64,000 bases of DNA from Sphyrna mokarran (Eukaryota), in contig JAGIQG010000027.1 of the NCBI GenBank assembly GCA_024679065.1, forward strand, positions 4,650,001 to 4,714,000, written 5' to 3'. The translations under genes and the position numbers were made by a program. The first letter of the stretch is position 1. Every line of letters starts with the position of its first letter. Below the pieces are notes generated by a model. It worked only from the letters and a program-made list of their open reading frames with translations, had not been told where the DNA came from and searched no databases. Of this stretch, positions 53,564-64,000 are shown piece after piece.

Positions 53564-55234
53564 CAAGTGCTGATTCAAATTTACATCCGCGACCAAATTT
53601 GTCATCATCTGCTCTTTTATCACTTCATGTAGGTCACTGGGATGGGGGGTGGGGGCAGTTCTATCTGATAATTGCTCATGTGAAGCTTATTTCGGCCGTT
53701 ATAACATTAATGGTGCTTTATTTGTTGTTGCCACAATCTGGATATAAGCGGATCAGTATAACTACAGAAGTATTTTGTGGAATCCCGATCCCTTTCGGTG
53801 GTGACTCTTTTTTTCGATTGGATGGAAGGAAGCACATGGATTTCCACCTCGACAAATAAATGACTTATCTTTAGTAATTCCAAGAATTGCTTGTTTCTTT
53901 AAATAACATTAGAATGCGAACTATATGAAATCAGCTGGATCCTTAAGTGGAATTAAATTCTGGCGCATCTGCTATTCTGGGCCTTTAGGGTCAGCCTGTA
54001 AAATTGGTAAGAAGAGAATTTGAACAGCTTGTCATGTGATGATCCGCCACACAGTTTCCTCCGATTCATAGATCAGAAATAGAAACAAGTGTAGAAGTGT
54101 TTATTTTTCAGTGGAAATAGTTAGACACATACTTCAGGGAATTTTGCATTATCAGACGCTTTTTTTACATGGCAATACGTTATTGATGAAGCAATTCGCA
54201 ACAGAATATCTATTAAACCAGCTTTACTACTTGTTACATATTATACTGCGTTCCCAAATAAGGTGCCACGACGGTGAATCCACGAGGCAGTTCTCATAAT
54301 TGAAATATGTTTAACTTTATTATAACTAATAATTCTAAGATTAATAATTAATAAACTGTTCTCTTTAAATATCTGTTGAGAGCGATCTGTGGGACAGTGG
54401 ATCATTTGAGGTCCATGGCTCGCCATCAGTTAGCCTGGGAGGCAACGCACATTCCTCTTCTTGATATAATAATCTGTTTATGTCACCAAGTGTACCCAGT
54501 GTGCCCTGTTTTTATGACTGAAAGCACGTATAGTAAAGAACTTAATGTGAAAAATGTGACAGAATGCCAGCAAGCCCGTTATTGTTTAACCTCAAAGCGC
54601 AGAAGGAACTTCATATGACCTGATGTGGCTTTTGCACCCTTCCGTCTTTTAATCAAATGGTCATAGGCCCAATTTCAGTTCACTTCTCGGCAGGTACTGA
54701 TACACGCATTCTCAGGAAATTAAAATATCATTAAAATAAAGATGCAATGAATTTACACATTGTTTTATAATATTTAAACAAGATGGAATTTATAACAAAG
54801 AGGTCTGGGCAGCGAATATTCCACTTGGGTAATTACCTACATTCTAACCTGAATCTGAGCCTTCAACGTTTATCCTCGGCACTACATTTAAGTCTTGGTA
54901 TAATTAATTAGGACCACGGATACATTTTTCAATATATGATGCATAAATCGTTAACGATTCTGAGATATTACCTGGACAGCGTATTCGTTTTCCTGCAATG
55001 CAATGCAATTCAGAGAAAGTCCTCATGACTGGACTGCTTCAGCATATCCGAGGATATCATTATAAAGTGCAACTTCATGGATTGTGATCGTAATGCACTA
55101 ACGCTACACCGTGATTCGAGCCTCGGTTGCTAATGTGAATAGACTGACAGCAAGATTGCCTACTACATATCTACTGTTCGTTTAAAAAATGCTTTTGTAA
55201 CTTGCAGTATTGTTAAAGTGTTGTCCTTGAACTA

Positions 55235-56700
55235 GAATTACACAGAATCTGCAGCACAAATGCTCCCCGTGATGCTCCACTCCACTTCCAAGTCAGACCC
55301 TACACCTCTTTCCCACCCCTTCTGTCTCAATGCTATTTCGTAAAGATATTGGTCCGAGATTCTTTCTCTCACCAGTTAATGACGGTCTTCTATTTGTACC
55401 CCATAACTCAAAGATAGGAGACTCTCTCCCCTCACCCTATTGAACCCTATCCTAATTTTCGACCTTTTATCTTGCCTTCCTCCAAATCAAGTTATTCAGA
55501 GAAAAGAGATCGAAAGTGTTTAATCTTGCTCAGAATAGATCTTCGCAATTCCAATAATATCCTAGTAAAGACTGTTGAACTTTCTTTATGCAGCAATCTC
55601 ATTTCTTAGAGTGGAGATATTCCATATTTGGTCTAACAAAGGTTCTATTTTCATTTATCATTATCTTCTGCATTTGTGCTTAATTATCTACTAGTGCACC
55701 CCAATATTTTTGTTTACAATCTTTATAGTGCTAGAGACTCGTCTTGCTACTTTTAATGACGAATGCACCCATAATGCCCAAACGCATTTGTCATGCAACA
55801 AATTCCTGCAGAACTACACTGTCCACTTGCTGCCAGGCCGAGAATCTTCCGATTCTGTCTTCTAATTTTTGGCCATCTTTCAATTCATATTATGTGGCTC
55901 CTGGATCCACACATCTTGATGTTTGTCAAGGGCCTAATTTGTGGCACCCTCTCAAAAACATTAAAAAAGCCCAAATGTCCAAATGCTTGCCTTTGTGTAT
56001 TCTTCAATAATTCAAGAGGATGGTTTAAACGCGATTCTCCTTTTTCGAAATAAATGCTGCTGTTTATCTTGTTAACTGATTTTTTTAAACAAATCTTTTG
56101 GTATTATTTTGGGTGGCACGGTAGCACAGTGGTTAGCACTGCTACTTCACAGCTCCAAGAACCTGGGTTCGATTCCTGACTTGGGCCACTGCCTGTGTGG
56201 AGTTTGCACATTCTCCTTGTGTCTGCATGAGTTCCTCTGGGTGCTCCGGTTTCGTCCCACAATCCAAAGATGTTTCGGTTAGGTTAATTGGTCATGCTAA
56301 ATTGCCCCTTAGTGTCCTGGGCAGTGTAGGTTAGAGGGATTAGTTAGTAATATATGGGAATAGGGCCTGGGTGGGATTGTGGTCAGTGCAGACTCGGTGG
56401 ACCGAATGGCTTGTTTCTGCACTGTAAGGTTTTTATGATTTCTATGATTATTCCTATCACCGATGTTAAGGTATAATCCTTTTTTCCCCCAACTCATTCC
56501 AACACACATTTTGGAGACAGAGATTTTATTTGGTGTCAGTAATTCTACTGGATCTGTTCCATTTCGTTATGGTTTTATCCCAACTTGGCTATTAGTAGTC
56601 CTGATATCTATGTTCTATGTAACGGAATATCTACTGCCATAATCCATCTGGACCTGGGGAATTGTCACACTTGGGTTTGCCTAGTATCTCCTTTCTCTCC
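55235..56700 (-). mobile_element. Degenerate CR1-like LINE fragment interrupted by a SINE
   Basis: Starts with a tail-like AGAATTACACAGAATC; later segments (ATCCTAGTAAA..., GGTCTAACAAAGGTT, CACATCTTGATG..CAAGGGCC, ATAATCCATCTGGACCTGGGGA) resemble antisense CR1 ORF2. Heavily decayed. Confidence 0.45.
56111..56447 (+). mobile_element. tRNA-derived SINE (HE1/V-SINE type), full length
   Basis: GGGTGGCACGGTAGCACAGTGGTTAGCAC head, B-box GGTTCGATTCC, V-domain, and a 3' tail ending TGCACTGTAAGG...TTCTATGA; homologous to the copy at 53.3-53.6 kb. Confidence 0.92.
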
Positions 56701-58309
56701 AATCAACTGTTGGAATAACATAGAGTTTTGCTGAATTGACGTTGTGCAACATGCTTGTGCATTGGTTTATGATGTGAAATGTATAAGTTCCCTATTCTTG
56801 GAAACCTATATATAGTTAATACATAGCACTTGCAATGGTTGTACAAAACAGAACATGGAACCGCATAAGCAAGCACTTGCCCACAAAAGTGTTTCAAAAC
56901 TCCAGTACCTGCAAAGTTAAATTCAAAGAGAATGTGAGATGGTAGGTTTGTGAGAGAGAAAGGGAGTGAGGAGGGAGTGCTGTGCGCACTTGGAGAGGGG
57001 AGATTGTTGTGGGTGTGGCTGTTTATACATTTACGTTCCCAATATGGGCAAAAGTTTGTTTTCCCCAAATTAACGTAGAATTTTCCACTGATGAATACGT
57101 TTCTAGTATGTTAAATAGATTGAGAAATTGAATATTTAAAGAGTCTCGAACAATTGTTTACTAGTAATATCTCTGAAATTTTACTTCTATTTAAAGGATC
57201 AGAACATATTCTACTTTTCTTATTTAATGGGTAACTTGCATTGACATTGCTCCCGATTCAAATATTTATTGCATCCTGAAATTGCGTAGTGGAATTGTGT
57301 TTATCTAACATTTAAGATCTTGAAGTTCACGCGCAACTTTGAATGCAATATAAGGTAGTCTTTCGTGCAACAAATTTTCCATTGGGGTTGTAGGAAAGAA
57401 TAAATAGTATCAAATAATTTCTTTCTTAATTTTCAGTACTTTCCTATTTTGAGAAACATTATATTCAATTCTACAATCTTATATTCTTACCAAGCTTCTT
57501 TTTTTCCTGACATGGGCGACTATTAAAGCCTAATTGTCCTGCATGGCGCTCAAATGGAAATGGGGGGGGGGGTTCATTAACTGGGATAATTTAAATTGTG
57601 TTTTATGTCACTTAAACATCGATACACACGGTTTGACTTTTTTAGTGGAGTTAATGCTGGAAGGAAACAATGTAATATATGGCGTCCGTTGTGAATATGC
57701 AATATTCGGAAGGTGAGCAAGTTAAGCATTTCCGTGAATCGTTGCTTTATAGCTTTAAAACGTTTCTTGAAGTGCGCCATGCATTTTAAATCTATTGTAT
57801 TGAATATTAAAGCGTGAAGTTGCTTTTCACTGATCAAAAAAATATGAACTTCATTTACATCCTGATGACGATCCATGCTGTAGGGTGGTTTCAAAACTAA
57901 TTCTGATCTAGTACGAATGTATCTACATTATTAATATTTGTGGGCAAGTTTATACAACCGAGGAATTTCGGTGTAAACCACAAGCTGAATATAGGTATCA
58001 AACAGAACGCGAGTGCCCTCATACTCAAGACTGAATGTTGAATTCAACTTATGATGAGGTTTGTCTTGTTAGCGTTTAAAGTTATTTAGAACCACAAGAC
58101 TTTCGACATTCGGTCCCATCTACAGACGAACTGTTTTGTCAAGTTAAAAACTCAGTTTGCAAGTGAATAATTCTGAATTTGCATAATTGCTGATTAAAGT
58201 CCAGTAAAAATGTGTTCCAGAATAGAGACTGTAGCTACCTTGTTGGGGTGGGGGTGCGCAACAGGCCGCTAAAATCGGCGCCTCCAGTGTAATGTGTTCA
58301 ATCTATCGA

Positions 58310-59432
58310 TTTCAAATTTTAAAAAGTGTTTTTTCCAGACCGAAATTGAACTTGTCTGTTACGTTTTTCTACTCACCCAACAATAACAAGAATTTCGACT
58401 TATCGCGTCAAATAAACTCCAGATTCCTGGAGTAAAAGCTGTTGTCCCTTTGTTTATGTTCAGTTGGGAAATCTTTCTCCTCGCTCCAATTTTGCTGTTT
58501 GTTACAAGAGGCACCCCAGTCTCTGTCTCTTTTTTCCGTCAGCCAGTTGTCTGTTCGCACATAAAACGTGTACAGACAGGCAATAAAGTGTCTGGCTGCC
58601 GTGTGCCCTCTTTACACAATGCCTTGAAAAACGATTGGTTTTAAAATTCTGCAACGGCGCAAGATATTTCTGCTTCTACCCGCATTTACATGTCATAATC
58701 TCAACATATTTTTGGAAATGTTAAAACTTTGCTGCTTTGGTGAATGGATATTTTAAAACAACTCTAAAAAATACAAGCAGCGTCACTGCAAAAACAAGGT
58801 TGTAAATTGTATTTGATCGTGGGTGTTTCGTGAGAGGTTATCAAAGTTAAAGTACCAAAGGATAATTTAAATTTCAATTCCTCCATATGGGTAAAATCTT
58901 CAGATTTTAAAATGCGGGATTGATAAACAAGAAGATGTATCTTATTTGAACTTTGTTGCCTCGGCCAGCACTCTGGGCAGTTTATGGCCGTATCTGGGGC
59001 GACTGGCTGCAAAGGAGTGAATTTCTCTTGTTATTTCTGTCGCGCAATTGTTTTCCCTCCTGCAGCTTCTAACCTTGAAACGATTCCAGACTTAAACTTT
59101 ATTTCCTGGACGCATTCCCCTGTGGAACTTAGGTGTCCCTCATTCTGAGCGGATGTTTATTTGAGTGAAAATTTAACGCGTTTGGAAACTCAAGCGAAGT
59201 GATTCTATGACAGTCTTGTCTCCTGCAATTTTGCTGGTGGTGATCACAGAAGCCCGTTTCTTTTTTCGAAGGGGCAAGGTCTAGTTAATACAAGTAAATC
59301 TGCATGGTCAACATACATTGCCAATGATCACGTTAAAAACACTACCTAAAATCAAAAGGATCTGTCTCTGCAGTTTGGAGTGCCAGGTAATTCAAAAAAA
59401 TCTGAATCTGGACTATCTTTAGACCCAACTAC
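58310..59432 (-). pseudogene. Degenerate Hox10-like (HoxB10 duplicate) pseudogene
   Basis: Colinear decayed motifs: GSKDSPDSDFF (59426), CRDRSF (59372), MYVDHAD (59318), W...RSCRRE...EIHSFAAS (59088 to about 59000), LPRVLAE (58980), IPHFK (58920), then CAG|AC NWLTEKRDRDWGASCNKQQNWSEEKDF (58548; 12/27 ungapped identity to HoxB10 in this window) and NVTD-QV (58365). Several stops and frameshifts. Confidence 0.7.
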
Positions 59433-60807
59433 AATATTTACTATTCATTTGTATTTTTTTCACTTTTGAGGACAATGTTTGTAGCCTCGTGTTACAATGT
59501 CGTTCAAGGTAGCGAACCACGTGATCTGCTGTATGACCATGTGATCTGTTCAAGCATGCAACATTACTGGTTCCAAACACCTTCGGAGCCAACACTGGTT
59601 CGGAGGCAACGCAAAGTCTTCAGCTTTTAAAACAGACGCTGTTGCTATCTTTTATTATTGCCTTTATTGTGGTGTTGATTTGAAGTGGTAACCATCTAAC
59701 GACAGAACATAAATATTCGTTTGAAAATGCTCCTGCTAAGTTCGTTGCTCAGCTCTTGAAACTATCAAGAAAAAATGCCAATTTTGTTGTAAAGGCCTGT
59801 TGTAGGCGATTGTCCCTTTAATAAAAATAATCTTGGCAGAATCATGGACATTCACTGAATAGCTATTTCAAAACATCTCCTAATTATTTATTTTACTAAA
59901 TTGTTTGCCAAAGTACCATTCAATTTTTATGGATCGTGATATTTGATTTCCAATGTTCTTTCCAGGTGACTTGAGCAATCTGTCTTCCCAAGGAACAGTA
60001 GTTAATTTGTACCAGTCTGGCTGTTATACAATAATTTTAATTACAATTCTATTGAGACGTAGTAATCCAACCAAAAATGAATGTTCCAGTAAGAGCGTAC
60101 AAGTATTAGCTTGTGATTGCCACTGTTCTGCCAATCAAGCATGTGGAATGTGGCATAAATCTCTTTGTTTATTTTCTCTTGAAATTGAAGGCAAAACTGC
60201 AACAGAAGCTTTGAAATATGGATTACCTCCTGTGACTTATTTAAACTTTTCATTGTTGAATGCGTTCCTCTTTTTATATTAAGGACCTGTTTTATTCCCC
60301 ACATTGCAAGAAAGGGAATTGCTCCATATTTCATTATATTGGCTTGGCTCGCACACATTTGCTCAGAAGCTTTTACTGAATTCAGCCTTTTCTTTTGTGA
60401 GCGGGCAAGGTGGGGGAGGGGGGTATCGCTAATGCACCTTTATAGTTAGTTGTATCCGCGAAAAATAATTAATTGAAGTAAAACAAAGGAACACAGAAGA
60501 ATATCATTCATTCATCTGCACGTCGTTGAGTATAGCATAAATTTGAAACTAGATTTATTTTTAATTGCAGTTTATTGAAGAGGTTTGACTCAGGCCTGCG
60601 CCTTAAACATGAGTATGATGAAAAGTTGCAATCATCTTAAAAATAACTCGATACTTAGGGCTAATTAGAATACTGCGCCACAGCAGAAGAGCAATCTTGG
60701 GAACTCGGCTGAGAGCTGAAACAGGCTTGAAAAATAGTCGGTATCGAAAACAATCAATAGAAATATTAGTTATTTTTCGGAAAGAGTGGCTAAGACACTC
60801 TTCGCCA

Positions 60808-62443
60808 CAATATTCTAGCACTCAGAGGGAAGACATAATAAGCATTTTAACGAATACAATTCACCCTGTCGTTAAAGCAACTACAATTTGAGTTAGCTCT
60901 TTTCCCCAACACACGGTCAGAGTTTATTTATCTATTCTCACCCTGCGTATCTTCGACAGGTTAATGGTATTTTAAATGTAATTTTACAACTAAATTCTAC
61001 GCGCATTTTAGGAAACAGAAACATTTGCTCTACATAATGTTCAGCAAAGATCGGGATGTACATCCGTCAGAATCGCGGTTTATATTGTTCTACGTTTTGT
61101 GAACATTATTTTTGCCGATGCTCTGGAAAATAATATTCGATGTCTATACCAACATCGAAACGAATCAATTAATTTGCCTACAAATAAATTGCCGATGTTC
61201 GGACATGCTTCTCCTTGCACTTGGAGCACCCATTACATACCAAGGTCATTATTATCTGAGCTTGTAGAAATGATTATTAAAGAAATTTAACTCTCAATTC
61301 GATCCAGTCACAAAAATATCTGAAGCGGTCGTTTCGGCTATTTTACTGGTACCTAGACATGTATCTTATTTTAACTCTGTACTAATAATGCCCTCCTAGA
61401 AAAAAAGTGAGGGCCTCCTCAAAAATAAACATCTCAAACATTTTTCACCGGCTTACTGTTTATATTATTACATCAAATTCCTTTTTGCGAAAAAACTCTA
61501 CGCATAAGATCACTCCTTCTAAAACACCTCAAAAAACTGGAAGTTGGGAAGTTCTCTGCTTTCAGAAAAAGTTTTAAAATGTAATATTTGTTACAATTAA
61601 ATACGTGTCGACACAGAATAGGTGGCAGGCAATATTCGCAAACATAACACCAGATTAATCTAAAATTGTACCGTTGGTGAGAACATCTCAATAAATGATA
61701 TATCGGCATGATAACCGTAACATTGTGTTAGTTGACATTAGTTCTGGTAACAGAAAAGTATGGAATTCAAGAAGGAGATTAAGGATCTGATTTATCCTCG
61801 AATAAGATCAGCAGATCAGTTGACATTGATGGTGACAAGAGGCCTGTTAACTCTTCATTTACACTTGAAACTTCGCCTAAGTTTTACTATTTACAGTTTG
61901 CGTAATTTTCTGTGCAATTTGAGCATGTTGCATTTAATTCCAGTGTTTAACATTACTCAGTCATTAGTCCTGTGGATGAGACTGTTTTGCACGAAATCAG
62001 TGTTTAGAAACGACGGATTTTCATAAACAGAAATAAATAACTTTAAATGCATCATAAACACGACAAAATAGGCTAGTTAATATCGCATGATTTAATAGGC
62101 CGGGTTAATGTGACAGGTTGGCTTTTTCGTTCTAATGGCTACCCAAGTGATCTGAAAGAAGACTTTAGCAATGCAGGGTGCTCACACTCACAAACTCCAA
62201 TCGCCATTATTGTATGGCAATATTCTAGCACTCATAGGGAAGACATAATAAGCATTTTAACGAATACGATTCACTCTGTCGTTAAAGCAACTACAATTTG
62301 AGTTAGCTCTTTTCCCCAACACACGGTCAGAGTTTATTTACCTATTCTCACCCTACGTATCTTCGACAGGTTAATGGTATTTTAAATGTAATTTTACAAC
62401 TAAATTCTACGCGCATTTTAGGAAACAGAAACATTTGCTCTAC
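60808..62443 (+). repeat. 226-nt direct repeat pair (60808-61033 and 62218-62443)
   Basis: Two copies 1410 nt apart with 5 substitutions counted and no indels. Confidence 0.92.
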
Positions 62444-64000
62444 GAAGCAAATTGCAGCACATTTTAATAGCAGCTCTTGTTGTACAAGTATACTTGTTCC
62501 CGATCTGAATTTTAATGATTTAGCTCGTTCAGAACTATCCTGCTCCTTCAGTCCAAACAGATCAATCAATGCGGATTGGTGCAACAGGGGAGATTGGATC
62601 AGAAGATAAAATGCTTTCAGACTATTTTCACAATTTGTACAAGACATACTGTTTCTTACCCATTCCAAAAAATAAATTGGAGTGAATAACGAACAAATTC
62701 ATCCCGATTTACGTTCAGCTTCGCAGGAATGAGATCCATAACAACTGCTTTTCGGTCAAGGTGAAAAAGGTCCCGCAAAAATTTCAACGTTGGCGAAAAA
62801 AGAAAAATAATAAGTTTTTTTATTGTAAGGCGGTGATCGCTGATTTCCCTTCCTCCTTTTAGAGCTAAAGGTCAACGCGAGGAACGAAGCCGCACCATCA
62901 AGTCCCCAAAGAGTTAAACTTAAATGGAGGAAGTCGATTAAAAGATGATTCGCTGACACCAATTATAGGATTTCAAAATCGTGATAACAATACTAAGGTA
63001 AATGAGGGAGGTGAGAAGTTACACGGTTCAGGAACTGCAAAGGAAACCTGTGAAAGAGTGTCGAAGATGCGGTGAGAAGGAATAAAGGCAGGAAGCACAT
63101 ACTTGTAGCTTAGAAAAATAAGCAACAGAACTTCACAGATGCAATAATTATAGCAGAAAGGCAGATAGACAAAGACTATAAAGGCCGGGATGAATAAATC
63201 ACTTACTGTTACTAGGTTTATATACTGGAAGCAATTAAAAACAAAAGAGTTGATGAGATTCATTTTACATCGTGCAGCGTTGAACTTGAATCTGCAAGAA
63301 CAGAAATACAAGGCGTCAGCATTCACGCAATGTATGCGCATCGTGTTAACTCTTTCGGTGCTCGGAATTCGAATTTCCAATTTACATTAGTTGCAAACGT
63401 TTTGTTTTTTATCTTAAGATGTACTACAAAGTTTCCGGTCTTTGTTGCTATTTGGACAATGCTGCATAGTCATAAAGAGCCAAATTCTTTTGTGATAAAT
63501 TTCAATCATTAGAATATCTCTTGTGACACACACCAGCTGCGGATATGTGCACAATGTGTGTTTCAGTATAAACTCACACGCAAGTACATGAAGATTTTGC
63601 CTCACGAACAAGCAAGTACAATCTCTCCCACATAAAATATATATTCTAGTAGCCATATACACAGATATACAAATACAATATAAGCTCATATCTCCCAGAA
63701 AGACCTGAAGATAAAATACATAATACTCTGTCAAATATAAAAACATGGGTATGGAAATGGTTGCGTATCACCGATCTATTTACTTCCAGTATCATTATAT
63801 AAAAGAAAAGTTAACGTGAGGATATCAACTTAAAATATAAAAGTTGGAGAGGGAAAATAATTACAAAGTTAAATGAATATTTTCCAAAAACATTCACTAA
63901 GAAACACAACACATTGAGCATACAATTATCTTACTTCAAGTAACAGAAGTTTGTAGTTAATAAGATCGAGTTACTTGCCAATTAAAAAGAATTTTTAAAA

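Noticed and set aside
53375-53859. ORFs of 82 and 159 aa
   Set aside because: They overlap the SINE and are not protein-like.
56111-56185. tRNA-like A and B boxes
   Set aside because: These are the head of a SINE, not a tRNA gene.
59290-59400. Reading this stretch as a Hox12 exon-1 relic (FLNYLALQTAETDPFDF, GNVC*PC)
   Set aside because: Another frame gives more, and colinear, matches to group 10 and agrees with the downstream NWLT...EKDF homeobox. It also shows how easily by-eye motif matching misleads, which is why the Hox11 candidate is given low confidence.
60000-64000. HoxB13 exons, miR-10 or a second miR-196 hairpin
   Set aside because: No group-13 homeobox or matching mature miRNA sequence was seen; they would lie outside this window.

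Overview
Vertebrate genomic DNA: the central and posterior part of a HoxB cluster, transcribed on the minus strand, in the order HoxB6, HoxB7, HoxB8, HoxB9, miR-196, HoxB10, then about 24 kb of the interval where HoxB13 would be expected further on (not reached in this window). An intact HoxB10 plus HE1/V-SINE-type repeats point to a cartilaginous fish, most likely a shark; the species cannot be determined from this window. All five genes have two coding exons, phase-1 GT-AG introns and intact homeodomains. The miR-196 circuit is visible in cis: a hairpin at 29.8 kb, a fully paired site in the HoxB8 3'UTR and an 8-mer seed site in the HoxB7 3'UTR. The most notable observation, absent from the ORF track, is a heavily decayed second Hox10-like gene at about 58.3-59.5 kb, with promoter E-boxes, exon-1 motifs and a homeobox in colinear order. 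A weaker candidate for a fossil HoxB11 lies at about 44.0-45.8 kb. Both were aligned by eye and need computational confirmation.
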